64,000 nucleotides of DNA from the human T2T-CHM13v2.0 reference genome, Homo sapiens (GCF_009914755.1 NC_060929.1); one strand, 5' to 3'. Positions 1-13,249 are shown, counted from the stretch's first letter. Notes: generated by a model from the sequence alone, not told the origin. Made by a program: numbers and translations.

Positions 1-59
1 CATATAAAAATGGAGACATAGCTCAACAATTTTGATGCAATATTATAAAGCTCTAATTT

Positions 60-330
60 ATTTTTACAAAATACATGTAATTTAAAAGAAAATCTCAAAA
101 TATTTTTTTTCAGGGAACATGATACCTTGAATCTAAACTTTAATAGCAAAAGTGCAAGAAAGTCCAAGAAAGCTTCAAAGATCAAAGTAGAATATATCCT
201 AATAGGCGTCCAGACATTTTTAGGTTACTGCATTAAAGGCAGTGTGATACTGGTGCAAGAATATATCAGGAGTTCAAGGGAATAGAAGAGAAAGCTTCCA
301 AAAAGATTCATCCAAATCTTTGCCATACGA
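60..330 (+). mobile_element. Highly degenerate old L1 ORF2 fragment (L1M-type)
   Basis: 'ttaaaggcagtgtgatactggtgcaagaata...ggaatagaagagaaag' resembles the L1 ORF2 KTVWYW..NRIE region; no open frame. Confidence 0.4.
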
Positions 331-3300
331 GCAATGCTATTTATTAAGCTTGAATTTATATAACTATATATATATTTATTTACATAATTTCATATAAATT
401 GTATTTAATAAATGGTGTTCAATTAATTGATGCTATGATTTAAACGGATTCCCCCAAAATCCTCATATCTGACAAATTAACAGCAAATTCAGTGGTTCTC
501 ACTACCCCAACATGTTTGATAATTTGCTAGAATGAATCAACCAACTGAAGAATGCACTATACTTACAGTTTTAATATATACCCTCTTCATCTTCTACATA
601 ATAAATTTTTTTATATGTTATCTAACAAGTATATCCCTCTTCCTCTTTCTTTCCACACTTAGTGGAGTGCTACTAATTTGTATTTTGACTGACTCAAGAA
701 TGGCAAGTCACTGTTTTGCTCATCAGCTTCATAATTTCATTTTCAACCCAATGTGGGTAACCTGGGTCATGCTGGGCAGCAGCATCAAGTCCTCTTCTGT
801 TTGTGCCTTTTCCAAGAAAAGAGTAGTAGTCTAACCAAATTCTTTTTTCGTTTCCCTAATCTCCAAATTCTTCTGTGAAAAAGTGGGGACCTGAGTGAAT
901 TTGTTCCTCTAGAATACAGAAGTGCAGTTTTATACATCAACTGTGTCTCCTACATTGCTCTCAAATTACTTTACTCATTCTGACTCTTCCTAAAATTATT
1001 TTCCTTTTAGCACATTACTCTATTTTCCCAACTCACAGAGAAAATTGAGCCTATCACGTGTAAACTTAATAAGCAAATTCTTTTCCACAGCATGAATGCA
1101 TATCTTCTTTTAACCAATTTAATTTGCTTAATATTTGCCAAATCCTACTGACTGCAGGCAAGTGGCTAAGTCATTATTTGTATTCTGAGTTTTTATGAGT
1201 ATGGCACCAGGTACAAAACGGAAACTGAAAACATTCTGAAAGCATAAATTTCTCCAAATTTCTGTTACACATTTGACTTTCATGGATCTGAGTTGATTCT
1301 ACAGAAAGATCTATGAAGCCCCCATGCCTTAGCTGAACATTATACATATATCATATCATTAACCTCTAACTATATGAATATGGTCAAGATTTGCTTACCA
1401 AAAAAAAAAAAAGAAAAAATACATATATACCCATCCACACAAAAGACCAGACTAATGACTATACTTTATACCTATAAAGTATTTCATCGAACAACAATGG
1501 AATACACATTTTCTTAAGCTCATATGGGACATTTATCAAAATCAACCACAAAATACAACTTAAAAATTTTTGAACAAATGAAAACAATACAATGTCTGCT
1601 TCTATAATACAATGGGATTAAGCAAGACATCAGCAACACAAAGATAACTTGAAAATTCCTAAATATGTGGAGATTAAACAACACACTTCTCAATAACACA
1701 TGTACAAGGGATAAATTTTAAGATAAATAAAATATATTTTGAACTAAATGAAATTTGCTTATTTCATTAGAATTTGGGGATACAGTGAAAGCAGAGTTAA
1801 GAGGAAATTTTATATAATTGAGTGCATATAGTATAAAACAGGAAAGATTTAAAAAGTCAATGATCTAAATTTTAACCTTACAAAACTTGAAAAGGAAGAG
1901 CAAATTATATGCGAGTAAGCAGAGGCAAAAAAATAATAAAAATTAGAGCAGATATCAATTAAATTGAAAACAATAAAAAAATTAATGAAACCGTAGCTGC
2001 TGCTTTGTAAAGGCTAAAAGACATCATAAGCCTTTATCCAGGCTAACAAGGAAAAAAGAGATGATACAAATTGCTAATATAAAAAATTAAAGAGGGAAGA
2101 TCACTATAAATCCAATGGCCTTTAAAAGAATAATACTATAATACTATAACCAACTCTATGCCCATAAATTTAATAACCTAGATGAAATAGACAAATTTAC
2201 TGAAAGACACATTTAATAAAGTTTCAAAACAGAAAAAACACCAGTCTTTGATAGGTTCACTGGTTAATTCCCTCAAATACTTCACAAAGAAATTATACCA
2301 ATGCTCTACAATCTCCTTCAGAAGGTAGAAACTGAGGGAATGCTTCCTAACTTATTCTATGAGGCCAGCATCACCTAAATGTCAAAATCAGATGAAAACA
2401 TTACAAGAAAAGAAAACTGCATGCTCTCTCATGAACGTAGATACGACACTCCTCAACAAAATTTTTATCAAGTTGAATATAACAATGTATAAAATAATTC
2501 TGCACTATAACAAAATGAGATTCATGTCAGGTGTGTAAAGTTGATTCAACATTCAAAATACTACTGATGCAATTCATCCCATGATAAGGTGTAAAATAAA
2601 AATTAACTGAACATATCAATACATACAGAAAAAGCATCTGATAAATTTTAACACTCATTTATGATTTGTTTTAAAAAATCTCACTAAGAAAGGAATAGAG
2701 AGTTCTTCCTCAACCTAATAGATAACGTTAATAAAAATCTTATAGCTAATATGTCATTTAATTGTAAGAAACTAGAAGCTTTGTCATTAATATTAGAAGC
2801 AAGGCAAAGATGCCACATCTCATCACTTCTTTTCAACATCATAACAGAAGTCCTAGCTAATGCAATAAGTGATATAAAGGAAACAAAGATATCCTGGTTG
2901 GGAGGAAATAAATAAATTTTCTTTGTTCACGGATGATATAATTGTCTAAGTAGAAAATCTGAAAGAACTGACAAAAATAGCTTCAGGAACTAATAAGAGA
3001 CTATAGCTAGGTTGTAGGATACAGGTTAATATACAAGTTTATTTTACTTTTCTTTATAGCATCACTAAACAAGTGGAATAATGAATTAGGAACACAATAC
3101 ATTTACTTTAGCATCACCCAAAATGAAATAATTAGGCATAAATTAAGCAAAATGCATACAAAATCTATACTAGAAAAACTAAAAAATTCTGATGAAAAAA
3201 ATCAAATAAGACTTAAAAATGCAGAGATATTTCATCCTCATAAATAGGAAGAGGTGACAAGATGTTGCTTCTTCACAAATTGATCTATAGATTCTATACA

Positions 3301-3914
3301 ACCCAGTTAAAATTCCAGAAAGTTATTTTGTAGATATTGGCAAAAATTTATTAGAGAGGAAAAAGATCCAGAATTGTCAATACAATATTGAAGAAGAAGC
3401 ACGAAGTTGAAGAGCTAATAATACATGACTTCAAGATTTACTATAAAGCTACAGTTGTCTTGATGGTGTGATATCAGTGAAATAATAAATAAATAGATCA
3501 GTAGAACAGAATAGAGAGTTCAGAAATAGACCCACATAATTATAGTCAACTGATCTTTGGAAAGGAGCAAGCACAATACACAGGAGAAAAGATGTTTCTT
3601 TCAACAAATGGCGATGAAACAGCTGAACCTTCACATGCAAAAAATACATAAACTTAGACACACACCTTATACGCTTTACAAAACTTAAATTGTATCACAG
3701 ACTTAAATAAAACTATAAAACTCTTAGAAAATAACATAGGTGGAAATCTGGATGACTCTGGGTTTGGTGAAGACTTTTTAGATATAGCAACAGAGGCATG
3801 ATCTAAATTGATATGCTGGACTTCATTAAAACTAAAAATTCCTACTCTGTGAAAGAAGCTGCCAAGAGAACGAGAAGACAAGTCCCAAAGTTAGAAAATA
3901 CCCTTGTAAAACCA

Positions 3915-4060
3915 GTGGTGGAGATGTTAATTTGCATGATTGTGGTGAATATTTCACTGTGTATACAGATAATAATTGAGTTGCATAATTTAAATGTATA
4001 CAATTCTTAATTGTCCAAAAATGTAACTATTCTGAGCTCAAAAATAAATAAATAAATAAA
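3915..4060 (+). mobile_element. Short L1MA-like 3'-end fragment with (TAAA)n tail, nested in the L1MC
   Basis: 'gatgttaatttgcatgattgtggtgaatatttcactgtgtataca' matches an L1MA 3' terminus and is followed by aaataaataaataaataaa. Confidence 0.55.
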
Positions 4061-4125
4061 GACATAGCTGATAAAGAACTGTTATCCAAAGTAGGCAAAG
4101 AACTCTTTGCAAAAAGTCTTGCAAG

Positions 4126-4259
4126 ACTTTTCCGTCTTACAAGAGGATTGTAAAATGCACACATCAGCGCTCTGTAGCTAGAGGATTGTAAACGCACCAG
4201 TCAGCACTCTGTGTCTAGCTAAAGGATTGTAAATGCACCAATCAACACTCTGTAAAAAA
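4126..4259 (+). repeat. 134-bp internal LTR12 fragment, near-copy of 5237-5370
   Basis: Ungapped manual alignment to 5237-5370 gives 6 mismatches in 134 bp; no LTR termini. Confidence 0.9.
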
Positions 4260-5188
4260 TCTTAAAACTCAGTAATAAGACTACAAATAATCAGTAAATT
4301 GAATGATTTCAAAATCAAATGATTCCTTAAATACCATTTTATTCAGATTTAAAAATAGCCCAAAGACATCTACAGACACCTCACCAAAAAAGATATATAA
4401 ATGGCACATAGCATATTAAAAGATGCTCCACATCATATATCATTAAGGAAATTCAATTAAATTAATCAGATACCTATAAACCTGAGAATGGCCAACATCC
4501 AGGACACTTACAATGCCAAATGTTGGTGAGGATATGGAGAAACAGAAACTCTCATTCAATCCTGAGAGGAGTGCAAAATAATACAACTACACTGGAAGAC
4601 AGTTTAGCAATTTCTTACACAACTAAACATTTTCTTTCCATGCAATTCAGCAACTACTCTCCTTGGTATTTAGCCAATGAGTTCAGATCTTCATGTGGAT
4701 GTTTATAGCAGCTTTATTCATAATTGCCAAAACTTAAAAGCAACTAAGATGTCCTTCAGTAGGGGAATGGATAAATACACTGTGGTATATCCAGACAATA
4801 GAATATTATTAAAAATTTAAAACATGAGTTATCAAGCCATGAAAAGACACAGAGGAAACTTACTGAGTGAAGAAGCCTGTCTAAAAGCTGCATACTGTAT
4901 GATTACAACTATGCATTCTGGAAAAGAGAAAACTATGGAGACAGCAAAAAGATCAATGGTTTCCAGGGGATGGGGAGAAGATAAATAAGCAAAGCACAGA
5001 GGATTTTTAGGGCAATGAAACTACTTTGTATTATACTATAATGGTACATACATTTCATTACACATTTGTTCAAACCCATAGAATACACAACACTAAAAGT
5101 GAACCCAATGTAAACTATGGACTTTGGGTGATAATGTGTCCATATAGGTTCATCATTTGTAACAAATGATCATTTGTAACTCTGTTGG

Positions 5189-5719
5189 TGAGAGGTGAAG
5201 CCAGCTGGACTTCTGGGTCAGGTGGGGACCTGGAGAACTTTTCTGTCTTACAAGAGGATTGTAAAAGGCACAAATCAGCACTCTGTAGCTAGAGGATTGT
5301 AAACGCACCAGTCAGCACTCTGTATCTAGCTAAAGGATTGTAAATGCACCAATCAGCACTCTGTAAAAAAGCACCAATCAGCAATCTGTGTCTAGCTAGA
5401 GGATTGTAAATGCACCAATCAGCACTCTGTAAAATGAACCAATCAACACTCTGTAAAATGGACCAATCAGCAGGACATAGGCAGGGACAAATAAGGGAAT
5501 AAAAGCTGGCCACCCCAGCCAGCAGCAGCAACATGTTCGGGTCTCCTTCCACCCTGTGGAAGCTTTGTTCTTTTGCTCTTCACAATAAATCTTGCTGCTG
5601 TTCACTCTTTGGGTCTGTGCCACCTTTATGAGCTGTAACACTCACTGGGAAGGTCTGCGGCTTCATTCTTGAAGTCAGTGAGACCAAGAACCCACTGGAA
5701 GGAACCAACTCTGGACACA
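5189..5719 (+). mobile_element. Solo LTR12 (LTR12F-like, HERV9 family) with tandem CCAAT repeats
   Basis: Starts TGAGAGGTGAAGCCAGCTGGACTT, ends CTGGACACA; repeated (g)caccaatcagcactctgt units; AATAAA; flanks ttgg/ctgg are a near-matching 4-bp TSD. Confidence 0.9.
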
Positions 5720-6524
5720 CTGGGAGATGATAACAGGAGAGGCTATTCATGTGTAGGGGTAGGGAGTATATGGGGTATCTTTGTACCTTTCTTGTAATTT
5801 GACTCTAGACAAACGAGTTTAAAAAAGTCTTTAAAAAAAAGAGAAAAAAAGACAATAACAAAAAGCCTCCTTAAGTCCTTGTCAAATTATAGCCTATATT
5901 ACTATGTTCATATTTTGTGTTACAAACAAGTTACCCAAGTAAGTGTTCAACATGCAATACGATGTATTTTATTTTCCCAGTTCTAACAAAACTGCTTTTA
6001 CTAAGTCCTCAAAGAACTCTTAATTGAAATATGCAATGAACAGCTCTGTGTTTTCTCATCGTACCTCCTGATGACATAGGACATTGTTGACTATTGTCTC
6101 CTTCTCTATGTTCTCTACTTCCTTGACTCCCATCTTTCCATTTGCTATTCCTAATTTCCCTCCACATTTGTCTTTTTACTTTGATAATTAAAATTTGTGT
6201 TTTCAAAGGTTTATTCTTGAGCCCCTCTTCTCATGAAATACATTCTTCCATAATCTTACAAATTTTTAACACTCTGATCCACACTTTTTTTGCCTAATTG
6301 AATTTTTCATGTAAGTATACCATAGATAGCCTTATTTCAACAGAGTATAATTGTTATTATCCATCTTCCACTTTACGCACTGAAACAGAAAATCTACTCT
6401 TCGATGACTTGCCATTATGGTAATGATGTTTCTATTCTATCGTAATGACATATGCATAATTTATGTTTGAATTTCTCTACATTTCTCCATAATCAATTAA
6501 TATGGTAGTAATTTCTTAGCCACT

Positions 6525-7088
6525 TGTGATGGTTAATGTTAGGTGTCAACTTGATTGGTTTGAAGGATGCCTAGATGGCTGGTATTGTTTCTGGGTTTGT
6601 CTATGAGGGTGTTGCCAGAGAAGATTGATATTTGAGTAAGTGGACTGGGGGAGGAAGGTTCACCCTCAATCTGGGCAGGCACCATCCAATCGGATGCCAG
6701 AGTGGCTAGAATAAAACAGGCATGGAGGACGGTGAGATAACCTCGCTTTCTGAGTCTTCTGGTTTTCATCTTTCTCCCATGCTGGGTGCCTCTTTCCGCT
6801 CCTCATGTCCTTGGACATCAGACTCCAGGTTTTTCTGCCTTTGGACTCTTGGACTTACACGAGTGGTTTGTCAGGGGATCTCGGGTCTTTGGCTATAGAC
6901 TGAAGGCTGCACTGTTGGCTTCCCTGCTTTGGAGGCTTTTGGACTCAGACTGAGCCACTACTGGCTTCTTTCTTTCCCTGCCTGCAGACGACCTATTTGG
7001 GGACTTTGCCTAGTGATCATGTGAGCCAATTCTCCCTAATAAACTTCCTTTCATATATACATATTCTCCTCTGGAGAACCCTAATACG
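6525..7088 (+). mobile_element. MLT2B-like solo LTR (ERVL)
   Basis: Starts tgtgatggttaatgttaggtgtcaacttgattgg; ends ctctggagaaccctaatac. Confidence 0.85.
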
Positions 7089-8665
7089 CTCCTTCACTAG
7101 CTAACTAATTTTCCCTTGTTTACTCATATGCAATCTCTTTAACTTTGACTCTATTTACTTTTCTAGTTTACTTATGATGTGTTTCCAGAATAAGTTATTA
7201 AAACAAAAATCTCATTGTGTCATTTCTCATTAGGGCATATCAATGGGACTTTATCTCATTCAAAAGAACTTTAAATTCTTTACTGAGATACTTAAGAACT
7301 CTGGCAGTATGATGTCTAAATAATTTTGAAGTCAGATGTCCCACTCATATTCCTACATGTAATGAACAGCCACATTAATTTTATATATGTTAATGTACTT
7401 AATAAAAAGTTTATGTCTGTGATTTTTGCAAATAATTTCCTTTAAATAAAAATTTATCTCCCATTTTGTTAGTCAAGAGACCTCTTGTTTTCTCAAAATA
7501 ATTCAACTTTGAAACCCTTTAATATTACCTCACCTCATAAATGAAAAACTTGCAGACCTCTTCTTTTCCCGTGTTTTTTGTTTGTTTTGTTTTTTAACTC
7601 TACACATCAGAGAATATGATTAACATGTTTTCTCTTTTTTAATCATGAATGCAAAATTATATAGTTAATCTGTTGGTGGATTTATCTCTTTAATTTGTAA
7701 CCTCTTTTTAGTCTTCCTTCCTCACTTACATTTTGAATTAATTTGAAAAAAATCAGAAAGAATTGCTATAAGAAATATAATATTCAGTTTATATGTGCAT
7801 AAAAATAAGACAGAAAACCATCTATGGTAGCAGTAAAAACCACATATTTGATTCAAGAGTTTGTGAAAAGTAAAATTAAATAAGTTCCAATTAAACCTAG
7901 CAGCAGGCTTCGTAGATCCAGTGTTTACTTTTCATTAGAAATTAGAAGAGCACACTCCTGGGAATAGAGTGTTTTAAAGGAAGATTCTTGGCTTCATGTT
8001 AATTAAAAATCAGAACTAAACTGAGACTAAGTAAAGAAATAGCAATTGCTTTTCAACACAGGGGAAACACTAGAAGGAGCTTCGTGATATTTAATTGCTA
8101 TGTGTAAACTTGAGTTAATAGTATTTCACTCAAATAATTTATTATTCTGTGCTAAAAACACCTCATAAGTATTTATTGCCTACTGGGTTTAGGTACCAAA
8201 CTATTTTTCTCAGGTCACAAATTTCTGTTATTATTTTATGTGTTATTTATTAATATAAATAAAATAATAAAGGAGATTTTTCCTAAACATAGAAATGCAA
8301 ATTTACATAAACAAGTTCATTCCAAAATTATAAATATATCTATTTTTGTCCATTTTGTAATGTCTATTTTTATTCTAAAATTTTTGTATTTTATGGAAAT
8401 AAAATTCATTGCAATATATTTTCAAATAGGAATTAGTAATATAATTTTAATATATTTTTAATGGGAATGATGTGACTGCCTTGCAACTTTGAACAAAGGA
8501 AAAATAAAACTTTAACATAAAATATTTTATTATAGTGATACAAAATTAGATAAAGTTTATCTGAATAAACTATGTAGAGAGCAAAAAAATAAATTTCCAA
8601 TACCAAAACAGCGTTCACAGAACTTTAATTTAATGCATGCTAGTGTATAAAACATTTTAAATGAA

Positions 8666-10006
8666 TGTCAACCAAAAATAAAATTCTAAGCCCCCCCAGT
8701 TGACTAAATGGACAACCAAGGGGATTCTCAAGTAAACCTGAAAAGCTAGTTAAGCCCATAATGGGAAGGGAGTGGGTCAGACACTCCTCATTATACCCTT
8801 CTTTCTGAAATTCAGGCACAACTGACCAGCACGAACGTTAACACACTAGTCTTAAGACTAACAAAACATATGCTTTGAAACAATAATATATCAAATTCCA
8901 GCCTGACTCTAGTGTAGCATCACATGACAGATAGCAGGCCCTCAAAGAAATTAAAGTATTTTACCCCAACGTATATTTATTTGACGTATTTTGAAATGAT
9001 CCTGCAAAGCTGTCTTTTGTAGGGGAAATTTATATTTTGGAGAGAATCCCCTTCCCTTTCTGGGTCTTTTTCTGATCCTGAATAGTTTAGCTGACAGTCT
9101 AGCACCTTTTAAAGATCTGAACTGGAAATATTTGCCATCTATTGTCTCTAAGGCTGGCCACCTGTGAGACTTTATCTACATAATGAGAATATTGGTGTCC
9201 ATACCCTTTATCTTAACCCAGACTTAATTTCTTTCTATTGATTTCAGGTCTTTAGATAACAATTTAACTTTTTTTTTTTTTTTTTTTTTTTTTTTGAGAC
9301 GGAGTCTCGCTCTGTTGCCCAGGCTGAAGTGCAGTGGCGCGATCTCGGCTCACAGCAAGCTCCGCCTCCCGGGTTCACACCATTCTCCTGCCTCAGTGTC
9401 CTGAGTAGCTGGGACTACAGGCGCCCACCACCACGCCCGGCTAATTTTTTTTTTTGTATTTTTAGTAGAGACGGGGTTTCACTGTGTTAGCCAGGATGCC
9501 CGCCACCACGCCCGGCTAATTTTTTTTTTCTTTTGTATTTTTAGTAGAGATGGGGTTTCACTGTGTTAGCCAGGATGGTCTTGATCTCCTGGCCTCGTGA
9601 TCCACCCTCCTCGGCCTCCCAAAGTGCCGGGATTACAGGTGTGAGCCACTGCGCCCAGCCCCGATAATAATTTAACTCTTTTAACCATTTGCCAATCAGA
9701 AAATCTTTAAATACCCCTATGACCTGGAAGCTCCTGTTTTGAGTTATCCCACATTTCTGGCCTGAGCCAACATGTATTTTACATGTATTGACTAATGTCT
9801 GTCTGTGTCTGCCTGTAACTTCTACAATGTACAAAATCAAGAGCACTTGAGACTGTGCCTCGGACCTTGATCACTCACATTTGGCTCAAAATAAACCTCT
9901 TTAAATATATCATTTATATTTAAATTATATTTAATGTCATTATATTAAATATATATAATTTAATGACATTATATTTAATGTCAATGAAAATTCTTTTTCA
10001 TTGACA
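8666..10006 (+). mobile_element. MER4E-like solo LTR (ERV1), split by an AluY, with a rearranged 3' end
   Basis: Starts tgtcaaccaaaaataaaattctaagcccccc; contains gtagcatcacatgacagatagcaggccc; ends ttttcattgaca; flanks tgaa/ttaa. Confidence 0.8.
9270..9661 (-). mobile_element. AluY with internal ~75-bp tandem duplication
   Basis: Poly-T followed by reverse Alu; TSD gataacaatttaact / gataataatttaact; 9423-9497 is repeated at 9498-9576. Confidence 0.95.
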
Positions 10007-10367
10007 TTAAGAAACAAATATTTAATAAATTATACCATATACCCTCACATACAAACATACACAATTGTCAAGATGTAAACATATTTATATTAAGGGAGGA
10101 AAGCACTGATTGAATAAAATAAATTGTTTCTAGTTTCTAGTTACCGGTTCTGGAAAAGAAAAAAAAAAATTACAAAGTAGTAAACCAAAGTAAATGCTAT
10201 AATATATATTTCAGAAGAGATTATTGACTTTTGACTTGAGAGACTTAAAAATTAGACACAGTGCAGATGCTATCATAGCTGAAGTATTAATTTAATTAAA
10301 TAAATCATACAAAAAACATATGTTAAAAATTGATTTGCCTTTATGGATAGCACTTAGAAAAGTTAGT

Positions 10368-10980
10368 ATTGACAACTAAAATGAGTAACTGAGGCATATA
10401 TCTCAATCACTGAGTTTTATTAAGTCAGCTTTACGGTACATCTGGGAAAGGTTTAGTATTTATAAATTTCCTACAGGGACCAAAGGTATGTAGCAGAAGG
10501 GGCAGGTAGGTGATAAGGTGAATAGTTACATTCCTGTGAGACTTTAGTTAATACCCAGTAAATGTACATTTTACATAAGTTAAGTGAATGTCTGCAGAGA
10601 AGAGAGTAAAGGAAGAGTCAATTATACAGATATCTCTGAGTGGATAGAGGAATGAGTCTTGTCTTTGTTTTGCACCTGGTAAGATAATCGAATAGACATT
10701 ACTTTTAGGAGCTAGACTTAGATGGTAGACCTAAATTTATAATTAGTATGCCCTTTTTTATGGGAGGCCAGCAAATACTTTGCTTAGAAATAATCTGTGG
10801 AGGCAGTGCTTGGCAGATACCAGAGACCTTTTACCTTTCCATGGAGATCTGGCTGATGCCTAATGATAGCAACAGATTTGCTTTTGGAAGAGGGTGTTGC
10901 AATGACTTCACTTTCAGGCTTAACCTTCCCTTTTCCATAAGAACTTTGGAGATCACTGAGATTTTAAATTTTCCTTTACA
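10368..10980 (-). mobile_element. MER4-group ERV1 solo LTR (MER72/LTR49-like; subfamily uncertain)
   Basis: Minus strand begins TGTAAAGGAAAATTTAAAATCTCAG...GGGAAGGTTAAGCCTG, a typical MER4-group LTR start. Confidence 0.55.
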
Positions 10981-10983
10981 GTA

Positions 10984-11364
10984 TGTATTAGTCTGTTTTC
11001 ACATTGCTATAAAGACATACCCAAGATCAGGTAATTTATAAAGAAAAGAAGTTTAATTGACTCACTGTTATGCATGGCTGAGGAGGCCTCAGGAAACTTA
11101 TAATCATGGCAGAAGGTGAGACAGAAGCAAAGGCACATCCTACATGGTGGCAGGTAACAGAGCGTGAATGAACAAAGCGGGAAGAGCCCCTTAGAAAACC
11201 ATCAGATCTCATGAGAACTCACTCATTATCATGAGAACAGCATGTGGGTAACCACCCCTATGATCCAATCATCTCCCTCTACATTCAGCCCTCAACATGT
11301 GAGGATAATGGGGGTTACAATTCAAGATGAAATTGGAGTGGGGACACAGCACCAAACCATATCA
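10984..11364 (-). mobile_element. THE1D/MSTA-type MaLR solo LTR
   Basis: tgtattagtctgttttcac...gggacacagcaccaaaccatatca; 5-bp TSD cagta/tagta. Confidence 0.9.
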
Positions 11365-11393
11365 TAGTATAAAGTCCTAAATTTGGACCAAAC

Positions 11394-11719
11394 ATTTTTT
11401 TTTATTTGTCTTTCTTTCTTTTTTTTTTTGTTTTTGAGACAGTCTCGCTCTGTTGCCCTGGCTGGAGCACAGTGGCGCCATCTAGGCTCACTTCAACCTC
11501 TGCCTCCTGGGTTCAAGTGATTTTCCTGCCTCAGCCTCCTGAGTAGCTGGGACTACAGGCATCCACCACCACACCCAGATAATTTTTGTAATTTTTTAAA
11601 TTAGAGACAGGGCTTTGCCATGTTGGCCAGGCAGGTCTTGAACTCAGGACCTCAGGTGATCCACCCGCCTCAGCCTCCCAAAGTGCTGGGATTACAGGCA
11701 TGAGCCACTGCACCCGGCC
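11394..11719 (-). mobile_element. AluS (Sx/Sz-like)
   Basis: T-rich tail then full reverse Alu dimer containing cctcaggtgatccacc. Confidence 0.95.
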
Positions 11720-12077
11720 TAGAAAAATAATTTTAAAGGTCAAGATAATAAAAAGTGACAATGCTTTGAAATGGCAAAAATTTGGAAAAGGATAATTCCA
11801 TTGGTCGTTGGAGCAGTGTATGAATAGTAAAATTTGATGCTTTGATGTCAAACAATATTTTTACAAATGCTAAAGTAAATGTCATTTTTAAGTGCAAGAT
11901 ATTATCACTATCAACTTACATGATATCAAAAATTTGAAAAAATAAAAATCACCAAGTCAAGAAATTTAGAATACAGAAGTAGGGACTATTGGTGACAATA
12001 AGGAATTAAGAAATTGTAGTACTCTATAGAATTTGTACCTCTTCAATAAAATGTGCCTAAAAAGTTGAAACTCAATT

Positions 12078-12385
<308 letters not shown>

Positions 12386-13249
12386 TCAATTTTTTAGACT
12401 ATAATTTTACCATATACAATGCAGATCAAATTTCACTCATGTGATACTATTTTATACATTCTAATCTAAATTTAAAATTAATACAAGACCAACATCCCCC
12501 AAAATGGGCTCAATATATGCACAATAGCTCACATACAAATATATGCAATTGCCTCTTAAATATGTGAATATGTGCCCAGATTTCTTATAAAACTATAACT
12601 GTAAGTCAAAATTACAAGGAGATACATATTCACATCTTCCAGATTGGCAAAAAGTTGTGTTTGAAACTCTTCTAATTTGATGAGACTGAAGAAACAGCCA
12701 ATTGTTTAAAATATAAAATAGTATGATTTCTATGGAAGAGGAAAAAGAAAGGTAATGTAAAATTACTGACTTAGCCTGGAATTTTCAGAAAATCCTAGTA
12801 ATTTTGCTCCTGAAGCAAATTCTTATTTGGTTACTTGAAACCCAGGGCACTCAGGATTAAGACAAAAGAAGGATAGAGAATTCAGATGATCATTAAAATA
12901 CTAGAATTGACTTCCTGAGAAAAGTCAGAAAGAGCCACACATACTAGGTTTTTCAGCCATGTAGGATGTCTTCAAGTAACTTCTACTCAGAAGCTATGCC
13001 TGAAATCAGTACATGGGAGGTAGAAAAGAAAGAAATTTATAAGTTTAACTCTTTCCTGTCTTCTAATTTCCATGGTCAAGATGCATCCTGTGGAGTGATA
13101 ACTCTTCTGCAATTTGAAGTTGTATTAGTGGGTCCCTTTGATCACCAGTCAGGAAGTCAGTTCCCATGTCCTTTAGGATTCCTTCCCTTCAGGCAACAAA
13201 GATTCCTGGCATTGGCTGACCATCCTACCTGCAGCTAATAAACAGGGTT

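Larger units (their letters stand above)
1460..5850 (+). mobile_element. Old 5'-truncated LINE-1 (L1MC1-like): decayed ORF2 plus 3'UTR, interrupted by younger insertions
   Basis: Decayed ORF2 motifs (ttctatgaggccagcatcacc = FYEASI; ttcaacatcataacagaagtcctagct; ttgttcacggatgat = degenerate FADD). L1MC1-type 3'UTR (ggatttttagggcaatgaaactact...aactatggactttgggtgataatg) resumes after the LTR12 at about 5724. Confidence 0.8.

Noticed and set aside
532-834. 100-aa hydrophobic ORF
   Set aside because: AT-rich chance frame overlapping probable old repeat fragments; no recognisable homology or promoter context.
5259-5470. Regularly spaced repeats resembling a CRISPR-like array
   Set aside because: These are the normal tandem CCAAT enhancer repeats of LTR12, with no unique spacers and no cas genes.
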